A stretch of DNA of 64,000 nucleotides from Gemmatimonadota bacterium (GTDB lineage Bacteria > Gemmatimonadota > Gemmatimonadetes > Palauibacterales > Palauibacteraceae): contig OY282356.1 of the NCBI GenBank assembly GCA_958295535.1, positions 1,945,614 through 2,009,613 on the forward strand, read 5' to 3'. Shown here piece by piece: positions 46,862 to 56,201 of this stretch. A program made the translations under genes and the position numbers. The notes under the pieces are model-generated. The model saw only the letters and a list, made by a program, of their open reading frames with translations. It was not told where the DNA came from and did not search any database. Within the stretch, counting starts at the first letter, position 1; every line of letters begins with the position of its first letter.

Positions 46862-47090
46862 AAGACGCCACGGCCGGCGCGGTTCCCTTTGCCGCCGCCA
46901 AGCAGGACCCTGGAACCAACCGACCGCCGCTCGGTTCGAAGCGGTTCGCCGGAGACACGCACCATTTCAGAGCATGAGGACATTGCATGACTTGAAGAAT
47001 ATCTCACGCGCGTTCGAATATCAATCTATCGCGACAACCGCCCTGTCTCCTCCAGAATGGGATAAGCTGCTACATACGCCTATCTTCGAG
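46862..47090 (-). repeat. ~230-bp non-coding leader upstream of the GT2 genes, duplicated at 49558..49760
   Basis: 46862..47090 and 49558..49760 are about 95% identical and colinear with the downstream GT2 starts. The segment is locally AT-richer (gttgtcgcgatagattgatattcgaacgcgcgtgagatattcttcaagtcatgcaatgtcc on the minus strand) and contains short palindromes (TTCGAA, TCGCGA). Confidence 0.4.
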
Positions 47091-48245
47091 TCATGACCGC
47101 TTGGCCGCCCGCCCGCGCGGAGTCCGTTTCCGGCACAGGCCGCGCAGTTCGGCGGCGACGCGATCGTACCAATCGGCGCTCCGAAAGTGGTCCCCTCGCC
47201 GTCTTGCTCCCTCGCAGAGCCGCCTGTACAACCCAGGATCGTCCAGCAGCCGCTTGATCGCGGACTCGACCTCCGCTGCGGAACGGGGTTCCACCAGCAG
47301 CCCGCTCTTCTCGTGCTCGACCAGTTCGGACACGCCGCCCCACTTGGCGGCGACGACGGGCAGGCCGCACTGGAAGGCTTCGAGGATAGCCCCGGGGTAG
47401 CCCTCGCTCCTGTAGTAGCTGGGATACACCAGCAGGTCGTGTTCGCCGAGGACCCGTGGTATCTCCGCCGGGTCCAGGACGCCGCCGTAGGTCGCCCTGG
47501 GATGGCCCTCGAACAGAGAGAAATCCGTGTCGGACATGCCGGGGCCGAAGACGTTGAGATGACAACTCTCCGGCAGGCGGCGGCACGCCTCGAGGGCTTC
47601 GGCCAGCCCCTTGTCCATGACCAGACGAGCAACGAAAACCAGCTTTTCCACTCTGTCCCGCCCGGTCCGGGCGGGGGCCTCTATCTCCCTCGTGTTCGGG
47701 AACCACTTGAAGTTGTCCCTGTTGTCGAAGCTGCGGTGCAGGTACCGCGTCTCCACGTACACTACCGAAGAACGCATATAGGTCCGGTCGGCCAGCCAGC
47801 GCGCGAACGCGCCATATTCCAGATAATCCGCCATTATGTCGCCCCCCGGGATACGCAGAGCCAGGGGCCTGCGCACGATCTTGCAGACGGCCCACAGGAG
47901 CGATGCCGAGCAGAGCGCCGAAGAGGGCCCGATGATGAGGAACACGATGTCGGAGCGCCATATCTTCCTTGCGGCCCCCCAGGCTACTTTCAGAAACCTC
48001 GCCAAGCGATTGGCCCTGATTTTCCAGGCGGGCAGATTCGTCACGCCCCCCGACGTGTCGATGACGTCCACCTCGAAGCCACGCGCGCCCAATTCCCGCA
48101 CCTGCTCATCGGTCATCACCTTGTTGCCACCGACTACGTTGGTATCGGACGCCCCGGTCTTCTGTATCGGAGCGATGAGCAGGATGCTGGGCGCTCGGCT
48201 CTCGTTCCCGGTCAACGTGTTCCTCCTCTTGCTCGAGTTGAGCAC
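47091..48245 (-). CDS. Glycosyltransferase family 4 (GT-B), paralog of 21244..22323
   Basis: 384 aa. LLVYPSYYRSEGYPGAILEAFQCGLPVVAAKWGGVSELVEHEKSGLLV. It is colinear with 21244..22323 over its full length. Confidence 0.8.
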   Translation of the reverse strand: MLNSSKRRNTLTGNESRAPSILLIAPIQKTGASDTNVVGGNKVMTDEQVRELGARGFEVDVIDTSGGVTNLPAWKIRANRLARFLKVAWGAARKIWRSDIVFLIIGPSSALCSASLLWAVCKIVRRPLALRIPGGDIMADYLEYGAFARWLADRTYMRSSVVYVETRYLHRSFDNRDNFKWFPNTREIEAPARTGRDRVEKLVFVARLVMDKGLAEALEACRRLPESCHLNVFGPGMSDTDFSLFEGHPRATYGGVLDPAEIPRVLGEHDLLVYPSYYRSEGYPGAILEAFQCGLPVVAAKWGGVSELVEHEKSGLLVEPRSAAEVESAIKRLLDDPGLYRRLCEGARRRGDHFRSADWYDRVAAELRGLCRKRTPRGRAAKRS

Positions 48246-48359
48246 GGGCGGCAGCTCTCCCCCTGATCGCGCCGGGCAGCGCGGACCGGCCCGCGGCCCA
48301 CGGGAAGCTCGCGTCGCCGAGCCGCGACAGCCAGACCGCCGACAGACCTTTTAGGAGAA

Positions 48360-48482
48360 GTTGCGAGCGGGGATGTCGAGAGCTTGGGATCTCCCCGGCT
48401 CAAGCATGGATGGTGGGGGACCGGCTAGGCGACCCGATATCTTGACCGCGGGTCAATGCAAAGGGGCAGCGGTCTCGGTCGA
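48360..48482 (+). pseudogene. Remnant of the gmhB 3' end (duplicate of 44560..44830 with internal deletion), carried along with the GT2 duplication
   Basis: gtcgagagcttgggatctccccggctcaagcatggatggtgggggaccggctaggcgacccgatatcttgaccgcgggtcaatgcaaaggggcagcggtctcggtcgaaccgccctgaa matches gmhB 44565..44618 joined to 44760..44825. Confidence 0.6.
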
Positions 48483-49557
48483 ACCGCCCTGAACCGGGGT
48501 GAAGAAACCGATTCCCCAGCTACCGATTCCCCAGCTCAGGTGCATGGTCGCTAGGGCCAGCGGGAGCAGGAGCGCGGCGTACGAACGGCGACGGATGCCG
48601 ACCGCCAGAGAGCCGAGCGCCAGGGTGAGCACGTACGCTAGCGGCACTGCCGCTGCCGCCCAGGAGGCGCCGGCCACGGCCAAGACCGACGAAGCGGCCA
48701 ATCCCAGCAGCAACAGCGGGCTGCCGAGATGCCGGGGCAGCAGGGATAATCGATGTCGTAGCGCCACGACCCGCTTCCATCGGCCGTAATCGAAATATTG
48801 CCAAGCGAGACCCCGCAAAGTATTGCGGGGATGGTAGTCGACCACGAGCTCGGGATCGAACCACACCGTTTCCCCGTTCCCCGCGCGCCCGAAGCCGCCA
48901 GTTGAGTTCGTAGTCCTCGGCTCGCACAAGGGTAGGGTCGACGCCGGCCACCGCCTCCAACGCATCGCGCCGGAACGCGCCCAGGAAGACGGTGCGAGCA
49001 GGCCCCTCCGCGCCGCCCAGCCGGTAGCGGGCGCAGCCGGCCCCCAGGGGAGTGGTCATCGCCATCGCCACCGCGCGCCCGAAGAACGTGACGCCGACCG
49101 GCCGTTGCCGGCCGCCGACGTTCGCCGCCCCCGTCCTTTGCAACGTGCTCACCGCGCGGCGCACGTATCCGGCCGGCAACACCGTATGGGCGTCGCACCG
49201 CACGATGACCTCTCCGTCCGCCGCCCGGTACGCCGCGTGGATTCCGTGCGTGATGACCTGCTCCAGATTGGGAACCAGCGTCACTGTCGGGTACAGCCGC
49301 CGAACCAAGTCGGATGTGGCCGACGTGTCGGATCCGTCGGCGACGATTACCTCTACCGAACCCTCGTAGTCCTGAGACAACACCGAGTCGATCGCCGCCC
49401 CGATGGTCGCCTCGGCGTTCCGAGCCGGGATGAGAACCGACACCGGCGGCAGTCGAGTCGCAGCGGCCGGCTGCGGGACGACAATGGAATTCTCCTTCAT
49501 GTCCCATGACTGCAATGGTGTCGAACCGGACGCCACCGGCAAGCGTTCAGTTTTCAC
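48453..49557 (-). pseudogene. GT2 glycosyltransferase, third copy, frameshifted (split into ORFs 48520..49557 and 48453..48965)
   Basis: The N-terminal 228 aa are ~95% identical to module 1 of 44786..46861. The frame is lost after RLRARGE, and the conserved continuation (TVWFDPELVVDY...GFFTPVQGGSTETAAPLH*) appears in another frame. Small local duplications are present (WGIGSWGIG; ccgattccccagct x2). Confidence 0.65.
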
Positions 49558-49760
49558 AAGACGCCACGGCCGGCGCGGTTCCCTTTGCCGCCGCCAAGCA
49601 GGACCCTGGAACCAACCGACCGACGCTCGGTTCGAAGCGGTTCGCCGGAGACACGCACCATTTCAGAGCGGGAGGACATTGCATGACCTGAGAATATCTC
49701 ACGCGCGTTCGAATATCAATCTATCGTGCCACAACCGCCCTGTCTCCTCCAGAGGCAAGC
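49558..49760 (-). repeat. Second copy of the ~230-bp GT2 leader region
   Basis: See 46862..47090. Confidence 0.4.
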
Positions 49761-49765
49761 CGGAT

Positions 49766-50170
49766 CTACTCGACCAGGGGGATGAACCTGCGCCACGGAT
49801 GCCACTCCGTTTCCCACTCCGCGCGCAGCCGGAACTCGTGGGCGGCACCGCATACCTCCGGCCCCGGCGCATCCCAGCGCAGCTCGAGGATGGAGGGCCG
49901 GGACTGCGGCGACGATTTCGCTGTATGCCACGTCGCCGTCCGCCCCGCGCGTACGGAGGTGCACGGAGTATTTCCGTACGGGCAAGGTACGTGCGATCCA
50001 GTGGACGAGGCTCCGGTCCCCGCGCCCGTCCGCTCTTCGGCGCCGACGCGGAGATCCTCGATAGCGGAGGGGCCGCCACCGATGAGTCCCACGATCTGTC
50101 GGGCTTCCTCCGCGGTGACCGCCGTCCAGAGGCCGCGCCATACCGATTTGCTTGCGACTGACGCCCAAGC
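49766..50170 (-). pseudogene. Remnant of a PQQ-dehydrogenase/cytochrome-c paralog: signal-peptide region fused to the C-terminal tail
   Basis: ccataccgatttgcttgcgactg (also at 63240..63262, the 5' end of 61389..63284) is joined to a ~80%-identical copy of the last ~130 codons of that gene (GLIGGGPSAIEDLRVGAEERT...HEFRLRAEWETEWHPWRRFIPL vs GLIGADADAIDNLRVGAKERT...HEFRLRADGKREWGPWRRFIPL), with frame disruption. Confidence 0.55.
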
Positions 50171-50209
50171 GTAATCCCCCGCAGCGGTCTCGCTAGCTTT
50201 GTCTCTCCG

Positions 50210-51367
50210 CTATCTTGGGCGATGGTCACCCGCATTTTGCTGCCGCCGGTTCGTGGAGGTGGCCACCGGCTTCATCCCGTAGCAACTGCGGCAATAGTGC
50301 GGAATGTCGTTGTCGGCAATTCGTCGGCGCAGTTCCCTGTATTTGTCGTTGTTCCAAACATCGGCGAATGGCTCACTAAAAACGTTGCCCATTTTTACGA
50401 CGCTGGAATCGGCTATTTGACAGCAGGGGACGACGTCGCCGTTGGCGGCAATGTAGGAACTCTGCCAAGGCCAGGGACAGCGGTTCGCCCTGGAATACCT
50501 TTGACCATGCTCGACGCTGAGCGGCATCCCGATCTCGGCGGCGACTTCTCTCGACTTCCGGATAGTCCGGTCCACCCGGGCATCTTCCCTGGAAACGTCT
50601 ATCGACGCAATTGACTCCTCCATCTCCTCTTTTCCCCAGTCGGTCAGCAAGGTCGTTATAGTCAATTTGTCCACGCCGAGGCGTTTCGCCAGCCGCACCA
50701 AGTCCGGCAGTTCGTGGGCATTCCGGAGCGTAACGACCGACCGCAGTTCGATCCCGGGCCAGACGCTGCGGCCGCGGCGGCGGACTAGGTCGGCGACATT
50801 GTCGACCACCTTCTGAAAGTTGCCGTTGACCCGGATTGCCTCGAACGTCTCTGCCGTCGCGCCGTCCATGCTGATGATAATCGTCGTTCCCCGCAGGCAG
50901 CTAAGCTGCTTGGCGATATTCTCGGTATAAACCGAACCATTGGTTACGATGGAGATGGCCCTCCCCCCAATCTCTCCCTCTTCCAGCATCTCGATCAGAT
51001 GCCGGTTCAGCAGGGGTTCTCCCATTCCCTGGAGCTTGATCTGACGAAGCATCGGCAACTGACGGAGAATCGAAATGAACCGCTCGGTGGTCAACCGGGT
51101 CGTCTTCCGCGCCCAGTGCGTCACTTGGCAATGGTCGCAGGCAAAGTTGCACGTATCGATCGGCTCGACGTCAACGCTGGTGGGCAGGAAAGGAGTCCTT
51201 TTCAGCCCGAGAAGCTTGGCTGCCCGCCCGCCGACGGTGTGATAGAACTTTCGAGGACTACCCATTCCTGCCCGGCGCCATAGTCGAAAGAGACTTCGGA
51301 AACTATGATTCATTTCCAAGCGAACTCCACATAGCCTGATTTTTTGTCCCCGCCTACCGTCACGCAT
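50210..51367 (-). CDS. Radical SAM protein with C-terminal SPASM-like Cys-rich domain
   Basis: CxxxCxxC motif (IDTCNFACDHCQV), a radical SAM core (LQGMGEPLLN) and a C-terminal Cys cluster (CPWPWQSSYIAANGDVVPCCQ...YCRSCYG). The start is uncertain (MNHSF at 51313 or MGSPRKF at 51265). A 3' fragment copy lies at 58456..58700. Confidence 0.75.
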   Translation of the reverse strand: MRDGRRGQKIRLCGVRLEMNHSFRSLFRLWRRAGMGSPRKFYHTVGGRAAKLLGLKRTPFLPTSVDVEPIDTCNFACDHCQVTHWARKTTRLTTERFISILRQLPMLRQIKLQGMGEPLLNRHLIEMLEEGEIGGRAISIVTNGSVYTENIAKQLSCLRGTTIIISMDGATAETFEAIRVNGNFQKVVDNVADLVRRRGRSVWPGIELRSVVTLRNAHELPDLVRLAKRLGVDKLTITTLLTDWGKEEMEESIASIDVSREDARVDRTIRKSREVAAEIGMPLSVEHGQRYSRANRCPWPWQSSYIAANGDVVPCCQIADSSVVKMGNVFSEPFADVWNNDKYRELRRRIADNDIPHYCRSCYGMKPVATSTNRRQQNAGDHRPR

Positions 51368-51415
51368 CAGTCGGGCCTCTCCGCTTCTGAACGAGGAACG
51401 CCGCCGTGGCGCAGG

Positions 51416-51675
51416 CTAGGCCGATAACGAAATTGTAGGCCCCATGGTGAGCAGATGATTAAACGTCATGCCGTACATGGCCATCACGACAACCCATCCG
51501 ACGACTGAATCTCTGCCCAGTGGCTTCGGCACAGTCCAAAGCAACCGCATCAAGAATAACAGAGACAGCAAGCACAATGCCAATGGAATAATACCCGCTT
51601 CGCCAGCCAGTATCAGGTACACGTTGTGGACTCCAGTCGGTTCCCCCCGGTTTCCGATGGGGGCGCCAACGCCAC
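51416..51675 (-). pseudogene. Fragment of a Wzy_C (O-antigen ligase/polymerase) paralog C-terminus
   Basis: GAPIGNRGEPTGVHNVYLILAGEAGIIPLALCLLSLLFLMRLLWTVPKPLGRDSVVGWVVVMAMYGMTFNHLLTMG is ~85% identical to the C-terminus of 63324..64000. It is fused at ~51675 to the 3' end of the FAD-oxidoreductase pseudogene. Confidence 0.5.
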
Positions 51676-52892
51676 CGCGACGGTCCGAGCAACCTCCCGG
51701 CCCTGCCGGATCGCATAGTTCGTGCCCCGGTCTTCCAGATAGATCTGGGCCATGGTCGCCAGAAACAGGTTCGTCACAGGCATGCGCGTAGGGGGAATCA
51801 GCCGGCGGTAGCCGCGCTCCACGACGGGCTGCGCGTAGCGCGCGCGCCAGACGTGGGCAGCCAGTATCCGGTCGTCCGTCAGGTCGGGAAACATCCGCCG
51901 CAGGTGTTCGAGCGTGAACGCGACCGCTTCCTCGTCCGGCATCCCCCACAGCGCGTCGCTCTCGGGCAGATAGCGGGACAGATACACGATGTGCCGCCCG
52001 GCGTAGGTCGAGGCAGGCTCGAAGTTGGTGTGCTCGATGACTCCCACGAAGGGGAAGCCGGGGTCGTTGACGTTCAGCCAGTAGATGTCCGACAGGCTGC
52101 AGTCGAGCTCGAGCACGACGCACACATTGGCCAGATAGCGGATGCGCCGCAGGCCGTCCACGTAATCGCCCGGCGCGTACCCGCAAGCCCGTGACCGGAG
52201 CTCCGGTGCGGATTTCTCCACCTTGGTCTCGGATGGCCCGGGCCAGCGCGTCGGCGAGGGCTGCGAAGCCGCCGCGGTAATAGGCCAGCCGTTCCCTGCC
52301 GCCTCTGCCGCGGCTGCCGCCCCTGAGCTTGAGCTTGTTCCAGAACCACACCGCCGCCACCTCTTCCGCCAAGTCGCCGAACTTGCCCCGCAGGAGCGGC
52401 GCCCACACCACCCGGTAGACCCGCTCGCCACCCATGTCCCGCAGCCAGTCGGCCGCGGTGCGGTCTTCAAGGCCGCTCCACTCCTTCACCCGGCGCACGC
52501 GCAATGCCAGCAGCCCCAGCCGGATGCGGTCGAAGAACGGAAGGGGCGAGAAGCGCAGGAGGTCGAGGGGCGTCGAGAGCTTGAAGAAGTCGTGGGCGTA
52601 GTACGTGCTGGTCCGGGTAGGACGCAGCACCACCTCGGCCGACCGGCCCAACTCCGCGATGAGATTCATCACATGGACGTCGCTGGTGAACCAGTGGTGG
52701 TAGAACTTCTCGAGCCGCACCGGCGGCGGGAAAGCTGCCGGCGAGGCCGCCGACTTCGGCGTCCCGCTCCAGCACCGTGGCGCGTAGGCCGCGCCGGCCC
52801 AACTCGTAGGCCGCGGCTAGCCCGCAGAAGCCGCCGCCGATCACCGCGACATGGGGCCGGGCAGACGCCGGCCGTCGTGGGCTACTTGTCAA
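51676..52892 (-). pseudogene. FAD/NAD(P)-binding oxidoreductase (amine-oxidase/phytoene-desaturase-like fold), copy A; frameshifted by a 107-bp deletion and 3'-replaced
   Basis: Colinear with the intact copy 54852..56201 (HVAVIGGGFCGLAAAYELGRRG...). It lacks the 107-bp segment present at 55378..55484, which is bounded by a cgcgt direct repeat, and this causes a frameshift (ORFs 51613..52470, 51416..52720 etc.). Its 3' end is joined to the Wzy_C fragment. Confidence 0.6.
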
Positions 52893-54855
52893 AACGAATT
52901 TCCCCTTCCCAGAGGTGTGCGGTGGAGCCGTCCTCGCGGACGAGGAACTGGCCGGTGCGGACGCGGGCGATGGCGTAGTCGGGAAGCTCGCGCAGAGCGA
53001 CGCACCGCTCGGCTGACCGAAACCAACGGCCACCACGGTCGTTGACGCGGAAGTCGAGGTTGTCGAAGCCGTACTGCTTTCTGTGATCAGGAAGGTCGTT
53101 CTCGTCCGCCGGGACAACATGCAGGAAGAAGGTTTCCTGCGCGTCCTCTGCACCGCACGACTCCTTGACATAGATCAACATGTCCTCGGTGAGATGGACA
53201 TCGAAGGTGGAGCGGATTGACGGCTTACGAGTCAAGATTGCCTCCAAATCTCTCACCGCATCAGTAGCGTGACGGTTTATCAAGGCTGCCGCATCTTCAA
53301 TCAGATAGACGTCATGGGGTCCAAACACGACCTGCTCAACCGAAAGCCCGGACATATCCGGTAGCCAGGGACCGACAAACCAGATTCTTCCGTCCACGAT
53401 GCCGGACCAGTGGGCCAAATCAGCCATCTCGCGGAGACACGACTTGGAGGAGCGCCAGCACCAACCGGAGTTTCCATAGTGGTAATTGGCCGGTCTTTCT
53501 TCATTTCCTCGATAGAACCGCATGGCCGGGACCGCCCCCCAGTCTGCGTAGACCATGTCCTCTTCCCGCACCCGTTCTTTCAGTACGGCGAGAACGGATT
53601 CGATGTTTACGGCAAGAGCGGGATCGATGTTTTCACGTGTCTGGTACGGACTGTCCTGCCGCATGGCGCCCACCCCGGCAAGCACCATCGCGCCGGCCAT
53701 CGCAACGAGCAAGGCCGGCGTCGTCCACCCCCGGCGCGTGAGCGAGGACAAACGACCGGCGGTCCAATGAAACGCCAAGCCGACCGCCAGGAAGACAATC
53801 GGACCCAGATAGATGGTCTGGCGAATGCCCCCAAGCGGATATATTCGCAGCACGGCAGCACCGACCAGAACTGCAAGGGAAAGCGAAAATAAAACTGCGA
53901 TGGCACCGTCAATGGGGTTTCCTCGAAACTTTCCGAGGAGTGCTGTGGCGAGGAGGATCGCGAATGCGGCAAGCGCCGCTATCGCAACGACATCCGGCAA
54001 ATGATACGTCAATAGACTCCAGATCCCGTCAATCGAAAACTCGAAGACCTCGAGGATCGAGTGCGGGTAGAATTTTCCCTGATAGTAATACGGTCGCAGA
54101 TAGCCGGTCGGGGCGAAGTCCGGTGCACCCAACTGATAGCGCGCAGTCATCAAGTAGCTTGTGGCACCTCCCGCCAGAAAGCACGCCGCTGGCGCGAGCA
54201 GGGCGATGCGCTGCCTGAGCCAATGAGGAATCCGGCTCAGGTACGAGTTCCATTCCGATGCCCCTAAAGTCGGGGGGGGGGGCAGAACCACAGCGGCGCC
54301 AATGACGGCGACGCCGAACAGAACCAAGCCGTACTGGAGCAAGGGCGCGAGGAACAGCGCAACGCAGAGCAGGGCCTTCCGGCCGTGCCGCAGATACCAC
54401 AGCAGTCCCGCTATCATCAGCGTGGCCAGCAGCGCGTCGATGGAGTATTCGCGCGCATCCTGGGCGTGATATATCGCGGCAACCGAAAGAGTCGCCAGCA
54501 GCGCCGCCAGAAACGCGGCCCACCGGCTCGCTCCGGCGCGGGGAAGCAGAAAGAGCAGGGCCGCCACGGTCAGAACGCTGGCCGCCGCCGGCAGAACGCG
54601 GATGCTGAAGGCGGATACATCCACTTTCTGCACCGCCCACAGCGCCAGAGGGTACAGTATAGGCGAGGAGTTCCCGTAGCGGGTATTGGGGACTACTTCC
54701 GAGAGAGCGCCACTCGAATTATTGGCCGCTGCCGCTTCGTCATGCCGTAGAGACTTCTCCGGCAGGTCATGGAAGCGCAGCCCTGCCGCGGCGACAAGCA
54801 GGCAAACACAGGCCGCGTAGAACAGATGCGTTTTGCGGTCCCAGCTGAATGTCAT
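52882..54855 (-). CDS. ArnT/PMT_2-like GT-C membrane glycosyltransferase, paralog A, with shared C-terminal domain; contains a C11 homopolymer
   Basis: ATG 54855 (MTFSWDRKTHLFYAACVCLLVAAAGLRFHDL...); the listed 943-aa ORF adds an out-of-frame overlap with the upstream gene. First-loop motif LRHDEAAAANNS (ArnT-like DE), ~12 TM helices. CTD: SIRSTFDVHLTEDMLIYVKESCGAEDAQETFFLHVVPADENDLPDHRKQYGFDNLDFRVNDRGGRWFRSAERCVALRELPDYAIARVRTGQF. About 85-90% identical to paralog B. Confidence 0.75.
   Translation of the reverse strand: MTFSWDRKTHLFYAACVCLLVAAAGLRFHDLPEKSLRHDEAAAANNSSGALSEVVPNTRYGNSSPILYPLALWAVQKVDVSAFSIRVLPAAASVLTVAALLFLLPRAGASRWAAFLAALLATLSVAAIYHAQDAREYSIDALLATLMIAGLLWYLRHGRKALLCVALFLAPLLQYGLVLFGVAVIGAAVVLPPPPTLGASEWNSYLSRIPHWLRQRIALLAPAACFLAGGATSYLMTARYQLGAPDFAPTGYLRPYYYQGKFYPHSILEVFEFSIDGIWSLLTYHLPDVVAIAALAAFAILLATALLGKFRGNPIDGAIAVLFSLSLAVLVGAAVLRIYPLGGIRQTIYLGPIVFLAVGLAFHWTAGRLSSLTRRGWTTPALLVAMAGAMVLAGVGAMRQDSPYQTRENIDPALAVNIESVLAVLKERVREEDMVYADWGAVPAMRFYRGNEERPANYHYGNSGWCWRSSKSCLREMADLAHWSGIVDGRIWFVGPWLPDMSGLSVEQVVFGPHDVYLIEDAAALINRHATDAVRDLEAILTRKPSIRSTFDVHLTEDMLIYVKESCGAEDAQETFFLHVVPADENDLPDHRKQYGFDNLDFRVNDRGGRWFRSAERCVALRELPDYAIARVRTGQFLVREDGSTAHLWEGEIRFDK
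54272..54282 (-). repeat. Homopolymeric tract G11 (C11 on the coding strand) inside GT-C paralog A, encoding Pro-Pro-Pro-Pro
   Basis: cccctaaagtcGGGGGGGGGGGcagaacc on the plus strand; on the coding strand gtt ctg ccc ccc ccc ccg act tta gives VLPPPPTLG. Paralog B has no tract at the equivalent position (..LVAPRVSGQARW..). Confidence 0.9.
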
Positions 54856-56201
54856 CCTGCACCTTCCGACGCCGCCGCGACGGTCCGGGCAACCTCCCGG
54901 CCCTGCCGGATCGCATAGTTCGTGCCCCGGTCTTCCGGATAGATCTGGGCCATCGTCGCCAGAAACAGGTTCGTCACAGGCATGCGCGTAGGGGGGATCA
55001 GCAGCCGGTAGCCGCGCTCCACGACGGGCTGCGCGTAGCGCGCGCGCCAGACGTGGGCAGCCAGTATCCGGTCGTCCGTCAGGTCGGGAAACATCCGCCG
55101 CAGGTGTTCGAGCGTGAACGCGACCGCTTCCTCGTCCGGCATCCCCCACAGCGCGTCGCTCTCGGGCAGATAGCGGGACAGATACACGATGTGCCGCCCG
55201 GCGTAGGTCGAGGCAGGCTCGAAGTTGGTGTGCTCGATGACTCCCACGAAGGGGAAGCTTGGGTCGTTGACGTTCAGCCAGTAGATGTCCGACAGGCTGC
55301 GGTCGAGCTCGAGCACGACGCACACATTGGCCAGATAGCGGATGCGCCGCAGGCCGTCCACGTAATCGCCCGGCGCGTGAGGCGCCACGAGGTCGGCGAC
55401 GATGGGCAGCGCCGGCGTCGCGATCACGGCGTCGGCGGCCAGCGTCGCCTCCGGCGTGACCACGCCGGTCCCCCGCCCGTCGCGTACCCGCAAGCCCGTG
55501 ACCGGAGCTCCGGTGCGGATTTCTCCACCTTGGTCTCGGATGGCCAGGGCCAGCGCGTCGGCGAGGGCTGCGAAGCCGCCGCGGTAATAGGCCAGCCGTT
55601 CCCTGCCGCCTCTGCCGCGGCTGCCGCCCCTGAGCTTGAGCTTGTTCCAGAACCACACCGCCGCCACCTCTTCCGCCAAGTCGCCGAACTTGCCCCGCAG
55701 GAGCGGCGCCCACACCACCCGGTAGACCCGCTCGCCACCCATGTCCCGCAGCCAGTCGGCCGCGGTGCGGTCTTCAAGGCCGCTCCACTCCTTCACCCGG
55801 CGCACGCGCAATGCCAGCAGCCCCAGCCGGATGCGGTCGAAGAACGGAAGGGGCGAGAAGCGCAGGAGGTCGAGGGGCGTCGAGAGCTTGAAGAAGTCGT
55901 GGGCGTAGTACGTGCCGGTCCGGGTAGGACGCAGCACCACCTCGGCCGACCGGCCTAACTCCGCGATGAGATTCATCACATGAACATCGTTGGTGAACCA
56001 GTGGTGGTAGAACTTCTCGAGCCGCGCACCGCCGGCGGGAAAGCTGCCGGCGAGGCCGCCGACTTCGGCGTCCCGCTCCAGCACCGTGGCGCGTACGCCG
56101 CGCCGGCCCAACTCGTAGGCCGCGGCTAGCCCGCAGAAGCCGCCGCCGATCACCGCGACATGGGGCCGGGCAGACGCCGGCCGTCGTGGGCTACTTGTCA
56201 A
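54852..56201 (-). CDS. FAD/NAD(P)-binding oxidoreductase (amine-oxidase/phytoene-desaturase-like fold), intact copy B
   Basis: Rossmann dinucleotide motif RPHVAVIGGGFCGLAAAYELGRRGVRATVLERDAEVGGLAGSF, then ~400 aa (..YYRGGFAALADALA..; ..GVVTPEATLAADAVIATPALPIVADLV..). The start is ambiguous: TTG 56201 overlaps the upstream GT-C stop; GTG 56153 is the alternative. The upstream part of the listed 542-aa ORF is out-of-frame overlap with GT-C B. Confidence 0.7.
   Translation of the reverse strand: MTSSPRRPASARPHVAVIGGGFCGLAAAYELGRRGVRATVLERDAEVGGLAGSFPAGGARLEKFYHHWFTNDVHVMNLIAELGRSAEVVLRPTRTGTYYAHDFFKLSTPLDLLRFSPLPFFDRIRLGLLALRVRRVKEWSGLEDRTAADWLRDMGGERVYRVVWAPLLRGKFGDLAEEVAAVWFWNKLKLRGGSRGRGGRERLAYYRGGFAALADALALAIRDQGGEIRTGAPVTGLRVRDGRGTGVVTPEATLAADAVIATPALPIVADLVAPHAPGDYVDGLRRIRYLANVCVVLELDRSLSDIYWLNVNDPSFPFVGVIEHTNFEPASTYAGRHIVYLSRYLPESDALWGMPDEEAVAFTLEHLRRMFPDLTDDRILAAHVWRARYAQPVVERGYRLLIPPTRMPVTNLFLATMAQIYPEDRGTNYAIRQGREVARTVAAASEGAG

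Noticed and set aside
54856-55713. N-terminal ~290 aa of the listed 943-aa ORF 52882..55713
   Set aside because: It is an out-of-frame overlap with the FAD-oxidoreductase gene. The paralog 56191..58173 shows that the GT-C protein starts at MTFSWDRK (ATG 54855).
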